In this document: in pieces, positions 10,451 through 19,670 of the stretch
How positions within the stretch are numbered: position 1 is the first letter of the stretch
How the letters are laid out: each line of letters starts with the position of its first letter
NCBI GenBank assembly: GCA_036550475.1
Contig: JAXKGH010000062.1
Location: forward strand, 13,835-77,834
Reading direction: 5' to 3'
DNA from: Collinsella sp.
GTDB taxonomy: Bacteria; Actinomycetota; Coriobacteriia; Coriobacteriales; Coriobacteriaceae
Length of the DNA: 64,000 nucleotides
Notes under the pieces: model-generated
Told to the model about the DNA's origin: nothing
The model's input: only the letters and a program-made list of their open reading frames with translations
Database searches by the model: none
Translations under genes and position numbers: made by a program

Positions 10451-13099
10451 CTAGCAGACGGCGTAGTCCTGGGGCTCGCGGCCGTAGTAGGCGTCCAGGT
10501 AGAGCTCCTTGATCTCGCTCATGAGCGGGTAGCGCGGGTTAGCGCCGGTGCACTGGTCGTTGAATGCCTGCTCGGTCATCTCGTCGAGGGTGTCGAGGAA
10601 GTACTGCTCGTCAACACCGTAGTCGGCGATGGTCCTCTTGACACCGATGAAGTCCTTGAGCTCCTCGAGCTTCGTGATGAAGTTCTCGAAGACCTCCTTG
10701 TCGTCCTTGCCCTCGATGCCGCAGTACTTGGCCATCTCGGCGTAGTTGTGCAGCGCGTTGGGGTAAGGATACTGGGAGAAGGTACCCATCTTGACGGGAG
10801 CCTCGGCGGCGTTGTAGCGCATGACGCGGGTCAGGATGACGGCGTTAGCGATGCCGTGGGGCAGGTGATGGAAAGCGCCGAGCTTGTGAGCCATGGAGTG
10901 GTTGAGGCCCAGGAAGGCGTTGGCGAAGGCCATACCGGCCATGCAGGAGGCGTTGTGCATCTCCTCGCGGGCGTGCGGGTCCTTGGCGCCGTTCGTGAAG
11001 CTGGAGGGCAGGTTCTCAAAGACGAGCTTGGCAGCGCGCTCGGAGAGGCCCTTGGTGTAGTCGGAAGCCATGATGGAGACGTAGGACTCGATGGCGTGGG
11101 TCATGACGTCGATGCCGGAGGCAGCGGTCAGGCCGCGCGGGGCGGTCATGCAGTTGTCGGCGTCGACGATAGCCATGTTGGGGAGCAGCGCGTAGTCGGC
11201 GAGCGGCCACTTGATGCCGGTCTCCTTGTCGGTGATGATGGCGAACGGCGTGCACTCGGAGCCGGTACCCGAGGAGGTCGGGACGGCGACGAAGTAGGCC
11301 TTCTTGCCCATCTCGGGGAAGGTGAAGATACGCTTGCGGATGTCCATGAAGTCCATGGCCATGTCCTCAAACTTGCACTCGGGGTGCTCGTACATCATCC
11401 ACATGATCTTGCCGGCGTCCATAGCGGAGCCACCGCCGACGGCGATGATGACGTCCGGCTCAAAGAGAGCCATCTGCTTGGCGCCGCGACGTGCGCACTG
11501 CAGCGACGGATCGGGCTCGACGTCGTAGAAGCAGTCGTGGGCGATGCCCATCTCGTCGAGCTTGGCCTCGATGGCGCGGGTGTTGCCATTCTTGAAGAGG
11601 AACTGGTCGGTGACGATGAAGGCGCGCTTCTTGCCCATGACGTTGCCCAGCTCGTCGAGGGCGACGGGCGTGGAACCCTTCTTGAAGTAGACCTTCTCGG
11701 GAGCGCGGAACCACAGCATGTTCTCACGGCGCTCGGCCACAGTCTTAACGTTGATCAAGTGCTTCACCCCAACGTTCTCGGAGACGGAGTTGCCGCCCCA
11801 GGAGCCGCAGCCCAGGGTCAGAGACGGCTTCATGCCAAAGTTGTACAGGTCACCGATGCCGCCGTGCGAGGACGGGGTGTTGATGACGATACGGCAGGCC
11901 TTCATGACGTGCTCGAACAGGCTGATCTTCTCGGCCTGGGCGGGGTGCACGTACAGAGAGGCGGTGTGGCCCGGGCCACCGGCGAGCACGAGGTGCTCGG
12001 CCTTGTCGACGGCCTCCTGGAAGTCCTTGGCGTGGTACATGGCCAGGACCGGGGAGAGCTTCTCGTGGGAGAACTCCTCCTTGGCGGGGTCGGTGGAGGT
12101 GACCTCGGCGATCAGGATCTTGGTCTTGGCGGGAACCTCGATGCCGGCGAGCTCGGCGATCTTGGCGGCGGCCATGCCGGGGATGCGGTGATCGAGAGCG
12201 CCGTTCTTGAACATGGCGGCACGCAGGGCCTCCATCTCGGCACCCTGCTTGACGAAGTAGCAGCCGCGCTTCTGGAACTCGGCCTTGACCTGGTCATAGA
12301 TGGTGTCGATGACGGTCACGGACTGCTCGGAAGCGCAGATCATGCCGTTGTCGAAGGTCTTGGAGTGGATGATGGAGTTGACGGCGAGCAGCACGTCGGC
12401 GGTGTCGTCGATGACGACCGGGGTGTTACCGGCGCCAACGCCCAGGGCGGGCTTGCCCGAGGAGTAAGCGGCCTTGACCATGCCCGGGCCACCGGTGGCG
12501 AGGATGATGTCGACGTCGCGCATGACCATGTTGGTCAGCTCGATGGAGGGGACATCGACCCAGCCGATGATGCCCTCGGGGGCGCCGGCCTTGACGGCGG
12601 CGTCAAGCACGAGCTTGGCAGCGGCGATGGTGCACTTGGCGGCAGCCGGGTGCGGGGAGATGATGATGGCATTGCGGGTCTTCAGGCTGATCAGCGTCTT
12701 GAAGATTGCGGTGGAGGTGGGGTTGGTCGTCGGGATGACGGCGCCCACGATGCCGATGGGCTCGGCGATCTTGGTGATGCCGTAAGCCTCGTCGCGCTCC
12801 AGGACACCACAGGTCTTGGTGTTCTTGTAAGCGTTGTAGATGTACTCTGCAGCGTAGTGGTTCTTGATGACCTTGTCCTCAAGAACGCCGCGGCCGGTCT
12901 CCTCGATGGCCATCTTCGCCAACGGGATACGAGCCTTGTTGGCGGCCATGGCGGCCTCATAGAAGATCTTGTCGACCTGCTCCTGCGTGTACGTAGCAAA
13001 AAGCGCCTGGGCCTCTCGCATCTGAGCGAGCTTAGCCTCAAGCGCCTCTACGTTGTCCACAATTGCGGGAGTAGTGTTTTCCGGTGACTTTTTCACCAT
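10451..13099 (-). CDS. adhE: Bifunctional acetaldehyde-CoA/alcohol dehydrogenase
   Basis: ALDH domain (NPTST, ATGGPG, catalytic GMICASEQ), TLGCGSWGGNS linker, Fe-ADH domain (GGGSAMD, HSMAHKLG); 882 aa. Confidence 0.98.
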   Translation of the reverse strand: MVKKSPENTTPAIVDNVEALEAKLAQMREAQALFATYTQEQVDKIFYEAAMAANKARIPLAKMAIEETGRGVLEDKVIKNHYAAEYIYNAYKNTKTCGVLERDEAYGITKIAEPIGIVGAVIPTTNPTSTAIFKTLISLKTRNAIIISPHPAAAKCTIAAAKLVLDAAVKAGAPEGIIGWVDVPSIELTNMVMRDVDIILATGGPGMVKAAYSSGKPALGVGAGNTPVVIDDTADVLLAVNSIIHSKTFDNGMICASEQSVTVIDTIYDQVKAEFQKRGCYFVKQGAEMEALRAAMFKNGALDHRIPGMAAAKIAELAGIEVPAKTKILIAEVTSTDPAKEEFSHEKLSPVLAMYHAKDFQEAVDKAEHLVLAGGPGHTASLYVHPAQAEKISLFEHVMKACRIVINTPSSHGGIGDLYNFGMKPSLTLGCGSWGGNSVSENVGVKHLINVKTVAERRENMLWFRAPEKVYFKKGSTPVALDELGNVMGKKRAFIVTDQFLFKNGNTRAIEAKLDEMGIAHDCFYDVEPDPSLQCARRGAKQMALFEPDVIIAVGGGSAMDAGKIMWMMYEHPECKFEDMAMDFMDIRKRIFTFPEMGKKAYFVAVPTSSGTGSECTPFAIITDKETGIKWPLADYALLPNMAIVDADNCMTAPRGLTAASGIDVMTHAIESYVSIMASDYTKGLSERAAKLVFENLPSSFTNGAKDPHAREEMHNASCMAGMAFANAFLGLNHSMAHKLGAFHHLPHGIANAVILTRVMRYNAAEAPVKMGTFSQYPYPNALHNYAEMAKYCGIEGKDDKEVFENFITKLEELKDFIGVKRTIADYGVDEQYFLDTLDEMTEQAFNDQCTGANPRYPLMSEIKELYLDAYYGREPQDYAVC

Positions 13100-13191
13100 T
13101 TGTGTCTCCTTGCGATCGGAGATTTACCCTACGCCTTGCATGATAGCAAGAAATAATTCGGTGAACGGCCAGATTCCTCTAAAAGGCACAC

Positions 13192-13221
13192 TAAAACGCT
13201 TCAATATAATGAAGCGTTTTA
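13192..13221. promoter_or_regulatory. Perfect palindrome, putative LacI/CcpA-type operator pair in the adhE promoter region
   Basis: TAAAACGCTTCA-ATATAA-TGAAGCGTTTTA: 12-bp perfect arms around a TATAAT/TATATT hexamer. Confidence 0.55.
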
Positions 13222-13255
13222 ACTAGAACTATCTGCCCGCTGCATCTCCCCGCTT

Positions 13256-13303
13256 ATTGGGGACAGACTTACATGAGTGCTTTCACTCATTTGGGACAGA
13301 CAT
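13256..13303 (+). repeat. Left inverted repeat (two GGGACAGAC motifs around an ATGAGTG/CACTCAT hairpin)
   Basis: ATTGGGGACAGACTTACATGAGTGCTTTCACTCATTTGGGACAGACAT. Confidence 0.92.
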
Positions 13304-13431
13304 CGTTTTGCCATTTTGCCGTTCTGGGCCTGTTATTGCCGCTTATTGGATATAAATAGGTTGCAGGCTCAGCATTTCGCGTTGCTTCTTTCCTTTTAGG
13401 TGTTGCCTGAACAGTTTTGAAAGGAGAGATT

Positions 13432-14208
13432 ATGCCCCGATGCGCCCGCCCCTTTTCGATCACCGGCTATTACCACGTCTTTGACCGCGGCAACTCCAAA
13501 CAGATTATTTTTGAAGATGACTCCGACCGTTATCGTTTCTTATCGGATATCTCGGACAGGTTTGCGCGCCATGAAGTGGCGGTGTTGGCTTGGTGCCTTA
13601 TGGACAATCACTTCCATTTGATGGTTGATGACCCATTTGACAACCTTTCAAAGGCAATGCAGTGCGCGCTGACGGCATATGCTAAGTATTTCAATGGAAA
13701 AACGGGGAGAACGGGACATCTGTTTGACAATCGCTATTCGCGGGTCGCGGTTGAGTCGGACACGCAGGCGGTGCAGCTGCTCGACTATATTCATCTCAAT
13801 CCCGTGAAGGGTGCGCTTGACTCGCTCGATGCGTACCGCTGGTCAAGCTATAACGCGTATCAGCTGGGCTATGATCCCTTTGACATCTGTGATGCGGCCC
13901 CTATGCTCGATATTGTCGGTGGCTCCCGTTGCTATTGCGAGCATCTCGAGGAAGTTGCCGGGCGCATCTGGTCAATGGAGGTTCTTCCACGCCGGCGGAT
14001 CCCCGATGAGGAGGCCCTTTCTGTTGCGCGCGAAGTTCTGCCGAGCATAGATCCTGCACTGCTCAAAGCCCTGCCACGCCCCGAACGCGATGCGTGTCTG
14101 CTGAGGCTTAGGCGGGCGCATCTCACGGTCAAGCAAATTGCCCGTATCACCGGCATCGGCGCTACAAGCGTGACCAAGGCAACTGCAGGCTGGAAGGATG
14201 CTGCGTGA
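13432..14208 (+). CDS. REP-associated tyrosine transposase-like HUH endonuclease (Y1_Tnp) with C-terminal HTH
   Basis: YHVFDRGN..QIIF, WCLMDNHFHL (HUH), GHLFDNRY, YIHLNP and YRWSSY motifs; C-terminal LTVKQIARITGIGATSV; GAAAGGAG RBS. Confidence 0.92.
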   Translation: MPRCARPFSITGYYHVFDRGNSKQIIFEDDSDRYRFLSDISDRFARHEVAVLAWCLMDNHFHLMVDDPFDNLSKAMQCALTAYAKYFNGKTGRTGHLFDNRYSRVAVESDTQAVQLLDYIHLNPVKGALDSLDAYRWSSYNAYQLGYDPFDICDAAPMLDIVGGSRCYCEHLEEVAGRIWSMEVLPRRRIPDEEALSVAREVLPSIDPALLKALPRPERDACLLRLRRAHLTVKQIARITGIGATSVTKATAGWKDAA

Positions 14209-14249
14209 GGCAGGGGCCGGAGCCAGTCAGTGCGTCGCATGCGTGCTTC

Positions 14250-14297
14250 ATGTCTGTCCCCAATGCGTGAAAGCACTCATGTAAGTCTGTCCCCAAT
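14250..14297 (-). repeat. Right inverted repeat of the Y1 element
   Basis: ATGTCTGTCCCCAATGCGTGAAAGCACTCATGTAAGTCTGTCCCCAAT, the reverse complement of the left IR with 2 mismatches. Confidence 0.92.
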
Positions 14298-14314
14298 GAG
14301 TGCTGAATAGATAG

Positions 14315-14350
14315 AAAAGAAACCGCCTTCTCAAAAGAAAGCGGTTTCTT
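14315..14350 (-). terminator. Terminator after rpmB (possibly bidirectional)
   Basis: AAGAAACCGCCTTCT...AGAAAGCGGTTTCTT hairpin with an A run on the left. Confidence 0.7.
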
Positions 14351-14416
14351 ATAGTTCTATGTGAACGCGAGGTCTTTGACCCGGAGAGTCCGAGGTACTT
14401 GTTGGTAAGACCTTAT

Positions 14417-14605
14417 TTAGGAGCGCGCAACCTTGCCGGACTTGAGGCAGGTGGAGCAAACGTTCATCTTGCGACGGTGACCATCGACGACGACGTAGAC
14501 GCGCTGGATGTTGGGGCGGAACTTACGGTTGGTGACGCGGTGAGAGTGGCTGATGGAGCGACCGGCAACGGGGTGCTTACCGCAAACTTCGCAAACTTTG
14601 GACAT
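14417..14605 (-). CDS. rpmB: 50S ribosomal protein L28 (Cys-containing form)
   Basis: MSKVCEVCGK...SHSHRVTNRKFRPNIQ...VCSTCLKSGKV; AAGGAGG RBS. Confidence 0.97.
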   Translation of the reverse strand: MSKVCEVCGKHPVAGRSISHSHRVTNRKFRPNIQRVYVVVDGHRRKMNVCSTCLKSGKVARS

Positions 14606-14911
14606 AACTGACCCTCCTTGGGCGACAAACGAACATGTCGCGTTAACAAACAAGCCTGAACTATAGCACAGAAGTCGCTCCCTGTGCGCAATCTACACAG
14701 AGATATTCCTCTTTTGGCGATAGTGCCCACGCCACGGCCCTGGACGTAGATCCGATTTGCGTGCAGCAGAGGGGATTATGCCAGCTCGTGCGTGTGTTTT
14801 CAAGCTCGTCCCACAAATATATATAGGTTTATGGAGCATTGGGCTCCGTTTACGGATTGCTCTGTATTTATGCTCGCAATTAAGCTCGAGGTTGGCTACA
14901 CTATCCCTTGA

Positions 14912-15017
14912 CCATTAAAGGGGTACGAGATACCCACATGGAATTACATAGCTGCCAAAGAGCAGCCTTTCCTGTGGGTGTCTGGTCCGCTTTAAGCGGT
15001 CGGGCATCTATTTTTTT
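14912..15017 (+). promoter_or_regulatory. PyrR-type transcription attenuator (binding loop, antiterminator, terminator)
   Basis: Three mutually exclusive hairpins before pyrR: CCAT-TAAAG-GGGTA-CGAGA-TACCC-AC-ATGG (14912-14941); AGATACCCACA/TGTGGGTGTCT (14928-14983); terminator 14975-15017 ending in 7 T. Confidence 0.75.
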
Positions 15018-15044
15018 GACTGTGTCAGCAGTCAAGACATGTGA

Positions 15045-15641
<597 letters not shown>

Positions 15642-15645
15642 TACC

Positions 15646-16590
15646 GTGGCGTTCAACCATAAGCACCTGATCGACATTACCGAGTACTCCGAAGAGGATA
15701 TCAAACTCATCCTCGAGACCGCCAAGGCGTTCTCCGAGGTCAACGAGCGTGCGATCAAGAAGGTCCCCACGCTCAAGGGCAAGACCATCGTCAACATGTT
15801 CAACGAGCCCTCGACGCGCACCCGCAGCTCCTTCGAGCTCGCCGAGAAGCGCCTTTCGGCCGACAGCCTCAACTTTGGCGGTTCCTCGACTTCTACGGTC
15901 AAGGGCGAGAGCCTCGTCGACACCGTCGAGACCCTCAACGCCTACAAGATCGACTGTATCGTCGTGCGCGACAAGCACGCCGGCGCGCCCTATATCGTCA
16001 CGCAGAATTCGCCCGCGAGCGTTATCTGCGCCGGCGACGGCAAGCACAACCACCCCACGCAGGCCCTGCTGGACCTGTACACCATTTGGCAGCACAAGGG
16101 TGACTTCCACGGTCTGAAGGTCGCTGTCGTCGGCGACATCTCCCACTCCCGTGTCTGCGGCTCGCTGATCCCCGCCCTTAAGATCATGGGCTGCGAGACC
16201 TACGCCGTCGCCCCCGGCACGCTGCTGCCTCCGGCACCCGAGGTCCTGGGCTGCGACCACGTGACGAGCGATCTCGATTCCGTCCTGCCCGAGCTGGACG
16301 TCGTCTACATGCTGCGCGTGCAGCAGGAGCGCCTCGAGGGTGCCCCGTTCCCGACCATTCGCGAGTACCACAAGCTCTTCGGCCTGACCAAGGACCGCGA
16401 GAAGCTCATGAAGCCCGACGCGATCATCTGCCACCCGGGCCCCATCAACCGCGGTGTCGAGTTCGACTCCTATATGGCCGACCACCCCCAACGCTCCGTC
16501 ATCCTGGAGCAGGTCTACGCCGGTATCTGCGTGCGTATGGCTATCCTGTATCTGCTGCTTGGAGGTGCCGATAATGGCCTTGCTTCTTAA
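15646..16590 (+). CDS. pyrB: Aspartate carbamoyltransferase catalytic subunit
   Basis: FNEPSTRTRSSFE, HPTQALLD and HPGPINRG motifs. Start is GTG at 15646 or 15634. Confidence 0.96.
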   Translation: MAFNHKHLIDITEYSEEDIKLILETAKAFSEVNERAIKKVPTLKGKTIVNMFNEPSTRTRSSFELAEKRLSADSLNFGGSSTSTVKGESLVDTVETLNAYKIDCIVVRDKHAGAPYIVTQNSPASVICAGDGKHNHPTQALLDLYTIWQHKGDFHGLKVAVVGDISHSRVCGSLIPALKIMGCETYAVAPGTLLPPAPEVLGCDHVTSDLDSVLPELDVVYMLRVQQERLEGAPFPTIREYHKLFGLTKDREKLMKPDAIICHPGPINRGVEFDSYMADHPQRSVILEQVYAGICVRMAILYLLLGGADNGLAS

Positions 16591-17863
16591 GAATGCCCAC
16601 GTCGTCGACCCGTCCGTCGAGCTTGACGGTGTCGTTGACGTCCTGATTGACGGCGACAAGATCGCCGAGGTCGGTGAGAATCTCGCTGCCGAGGGAGCCG
16701 AGGTCCGCGACCTTTCCGGCAAGTACCTCGTCCCCGGCCTGGTGGATATGCACGTTCACCTTCGCGAGCCCGGCTACGAGGTCAAAGAGGACATCGAGAG
16801 CGGCACCCGCGCAGCTGCCAAGGGCGGCTTTACCGGCGTGTGCTCCATGCCCAATACCGATCCCGTCACCGATAACGGCACCGTTGTGGAGTTCGTCAAG
16901 TCCCGTGCTGCCGAGGTCGGTCACTGCCGCGTCTATCCGTCGGGCGCCATGACCCGCGGTCTTAAGGGCGAGGCCATGTCCGAGATGGGCGATATGGTCG
17001 CCCACGGCGCCGTCGCCTTCACCGACGACGGTCGCGGCGTGCAGGGTGCGGGCATGCTCCGTCGTTGCATGGACTACGGCAAGATGTTCGGCAAGGTCTT
17101 TATGAGCCACTGCCAGGACGAGGACCTGGTCGGCCACGGCCAGATCAACGAGGGCAAGGTTTCGACCCGTCTGGCTCTCGAGGGCTGGCCGGCTGCCGGC
17201 GAGGAGCTCCAGATCGCCCGTGACATTGAGATCGCCAAGCTGACCGGTGCCAAGCTGCACATCCAGCACATCTCCACCTCTCACGGTCTCGAGCTCGTGC
17301 GTGCCGGTAAGGCCGCCGGCGTTCAGGTTACCTGCGAGGCCACCCCGCACCACATGTTCCTGACCGAGAACGACCTGGACGAGACCTACAACACCTCGCT
17401 CAAGGTCAACCCGCCGCTGCGTACCGAGGAGGATGCCGAGGCCATCCGTCAGGGCGTCATCGACGGCACCGTCGACGCTATCGTCACCGATCACGCTCCC
17501 CACACCCCGTGGGAGAAGGCCCGCGAGTTCGAGCTTGCGCCCTTTGGTATGATCGGCCTCGAGACCTCGCTGTCGCTCGTACTCACCGAGCTGGTCAACA
17601 CGGGCAAGATGAGCATGGGCCGCATGGTCGAGCTCATGGCCATCAAACCGCGTGAGATCCTGGGTCTCGACCAGGTTCAGGTCAAGGCGGGCTTCGTTGC
17701 CGACCTGACCGTGTTCGACGCGTCCGCAACCTGGACGGTTGGCGAGGACGGTTACGAGTCGCGCGCCGAGAACTCCGGTTTTGCCGGCCGCACGCTCACC
17801 GGTCGTGCCACCGATGTGTTTGTCGGCGGTAAGCAGACGCTTGCCGACGGCTGCATCTGCTAG
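16574..17863 (+). CDS. pyrC: Dihydroorotase
   Basis: DMHVHLREPG, KVNPPLR and TDHAPH motifs; GGAGG RBS. Confidence 0.96.
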   Translation: MALLLKNAHVVDPSVELDGVVDVLIDGDKIAEVGENLAAEGAEVRDLSGKYLVPGLVDMHVHLREPGYEVKEDIESGTRAAAKGGFTGVCSMPNTDPVTDNGTVVEFVKSRAAEVGHCRVYPSGAMTRGLKGEAMSEMGDMVAHGAVAFTDDGRGVQGAGMLRRCMDYGKMFGKVFMSHCQDEDLVGHGQINEGKVSTRLALEGWPAAGEELQIARDIEIAKLTGAKLHIQHISTSHGLELVRAGKAAGVQVTCEATPHHMFLTENDLDETYNTSLKVNPPLRTEEDAEAIRQGVIDGTVDAIVTDHAPHTPWEKAREFELAPFGMIGLETSLSLVLTELVNTGKMSMGRMVELMAIKPREILGLDQVQVKAGFVADLTVFDASATWTVGEDGYESRAENSGFAGRTLTGRATDVFVGGKQTLADGCIC

Positions 17864-17955
17864 CATAGCCTTATCGCTTTTGTGCGCGGCGCCCTTGCGG
17901 TGCCGCGCTTTCTATTAGTTTGGACCATGCAACCGCATGGGGGATTGGAGCGTCT

Positions 17956-18747
17956 ATGCCCACACCTTCCACTGCACGCATGCACGACTTCGAGGTCGTC
18001 TCGAACCGGGAGATTGCCGACGGCATCTTCTCGCTCGTCATCTCGGCCCCCAAGCTTGCAAGTGCGCTCAAGCCCGGTCAGTTTGCGAACATCGCCGTAC
18101 CCGGCGATGCGTCCTCGCTGCTTCGCGTGCCCCTGAGCTACTACCGCGCCGACGCCGAGGCTGGCACCGTCGAGCTGTGGTACGCCGTCGTGGGCGACGA
18201 TACCCGTCGTTTGTCCCAGATGGGCCCTGGCTCCACCTCTAACCTGCTGGGCCCCGGTGGCCGTGGCTGGATGGTACCCGAGGGCACCAGGAAGGCCCTG
18301 CTCGTCGCCGGTGGCATCGGTGTTCCGCCCGTGCTGTGTCTTGCCGGTATGCTTGCCGAGCAGGGCGTGGATGTTGACGTGTGCCTGGGCTTTGGCACCG
18401 CTTCCAAGGCCGTGGGTGTCGATGAGTTCCGCTCGCTGTGCGATACGGTCAACGTTTGCACCGACGACGGCTCGCTCGGCACGCACGGTTTTTGCACCGA
18501 TCCTGCCGCCGAGCTGCTCGGCGAGGGCGGCTACGACTATGTGGCCAGCTGCGGCCCCGCTGTCATGATGAAGAAAGTCGCCGCCGCTGCCGCCGAGGCC
18601 GGTGCGTACTGCGAGGTGTCGCTTGAGCGCATGATGAGCTGTGGCTTTGGCGCCTGCAACACCTGTAATGTCGAGACGGTCGACGGTATGAAGGGTGCTT
18701 GCATGTGCGGCCCCGTGTTCGATGCTTCCAAGGTGGTGGTCTTCTAG
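17956..18747 (+). CDS. pyrK: Dihydroorotate dehydrogenase electron transfer subunit
   Basis: AGGIGVPP, CGP and MSCGFGACNTC..C 2Fe-2S motifs. Confidence 0.94.
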   Translation: MPTPSTARMHDFEVVSNREIADGIFSLVISAPKLASALKPGQFANIAVPGDASSLLRVPLSYYRADAEAGTVELWYAVVGDDTRRLSQMGPGSTSNLLGPGGRGWMVPEGTRKALLVAGGIGVPPVLCLAGMLAEQGVDVDVCLGFGTASKAVGVDEFRSLCDTVNVCTDDGSLGTHGFCTDPAAELLGEGGYDYVASCGPAVMMKKVAAAAAEAGAYCEVSLERMMSCGFGACNTCNVETVDGMKGACMCGPVFDASKVVVF

Positions 18748-19670
18748 TGGGTACCGTGAACATGGCCGTCGATTTCGGCGGCGTCAAGATGCAGAACCCC
18801 ATCAACACCGCAGCCGGTACCTTTGGCTACGGTTGGCAGTTCCAGAACTTCTTTGATGTTTCCCAGCTGGGCGCCATCACCACCAAGGGTTGCGCTGCCG
18901 AGCCCTGGCCCGGCAACCCCGCGCCCCGCATGGCCGAGATCCCCGGCGGTATGATCAACTCCGTGGGCCTTCAGAACCCCGGCGTGGCCGCCTTTGCCCG
19001 CGAGTCCGGTCCGTGGCTCGAACAGCTGTCCAAGGACGGCTGCCAGGTCATCTGTCAGGTTGCCGGCCACTCCGTCGAGGAGTTTGTCCGCGCGCTCGAG
19101 ATGTATGTCGAGCTGTGCCCCTGGGCTGCCGGCTACGAGATTAACGTCAGCTGCCCCAATATTGCCGCCGGCGGTGCCGCCATGGGCTCCTCGCCCGAGG
19201 GCGCCTCTGCCGTTATGGCTGCCTGCCGTAAGGTGACCGATAAGCCGCTGTTCGTAAAGATGGCTCCGGTTAACGTTGCCGAGATTGCCAAGGCTCTCGA
19301 GGCCGCCGGCGCCGACGGCCTTTCGGTCATTAACTCCATTCAGGGCATGGCCATCGACGTCCATACCCGCAAGTCCCGCGTGGCCAAGCCCAAGGGCGGC
19401 CTTTCGGGCCCGCTGTGCCACCACATCGCCGTGCGCATGGTCTGGGAGGTCGCTCAGGCCGTCGATATCCCCATCAACGGCGTCGGCGGTGTCATGACCG
19501 GCGAGGATGCGGCCGAGTTTATCCTGGCCGGCGCCACCTGCGTGTCGGTCGGCATGGCCAACTTCGTCGATCCGTGCGCTTCGCTCAAGATCGCGCACGA
19601 GCTCGAGGCCTGGGCTGAGTCCCAAGGCGTGAAGGACATCAACGAACTGGTAGGTGCTTTCGAATGCTAG
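18747..19670 (+). CDS. pyrD: Dihydroorotate dehydrogenase B catalytic subunit
   Basis: GNPAPR, NSVGLQNPG, EINVSCPN and GGLSGP motifs. Start 18747 or 18762. Confidence 0.95.
   Translation: MGTVNMAVDFGGVKMQNPINTAAGTFGYGWQFQNFFDVSQLGAITTKGCAAEPWPGNPAPRMAEIPGGMINSVGLQNPGVAAFARESGPWLEQLSKDGCQVICQVAGHSVEEFVRALEMYVELCPWAAGYEINVSCPNIAAGGAAMGSSPEGASAVMAACRKVTDKPLFVKMAPVNVAEIAKALEAAGADGLSVINSIQGMAIDVHTRKSRVAKPKGGLSGPLCHHIAVRMVWEVAQAVDIPINGVGGVMTGEDAAEFILAGATCVSVGMANFVDPCASLKIAHELEAWAESQGVKDINELVGAFEC

Larger units (their letters stand above)
13256..14297 (+). mobile_element. Y1/HUH transposase (RAYT/TIRYT-like) element bounded by 48-bp inverted repeats
   Basis: Left IR 13256-13303 and right IR 14250-14297 are reverse complements at 46/48 nt and enclose a single HUH ORF. 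Confidence 0.8.

Noticed and set aside
10748..13087. 779-aa + strand ORF opposite adhE
   Set aside because: Antisense shadow caused by GC-rich codon bias; no motifs and no RBS.
13250..13349. 11-bp direct repeat CCGCTTATTGG (13250, 13339) as a target-site duplication
   Set aside because: Both copies are on the left side of the transposase, so they cannot bracket the element.
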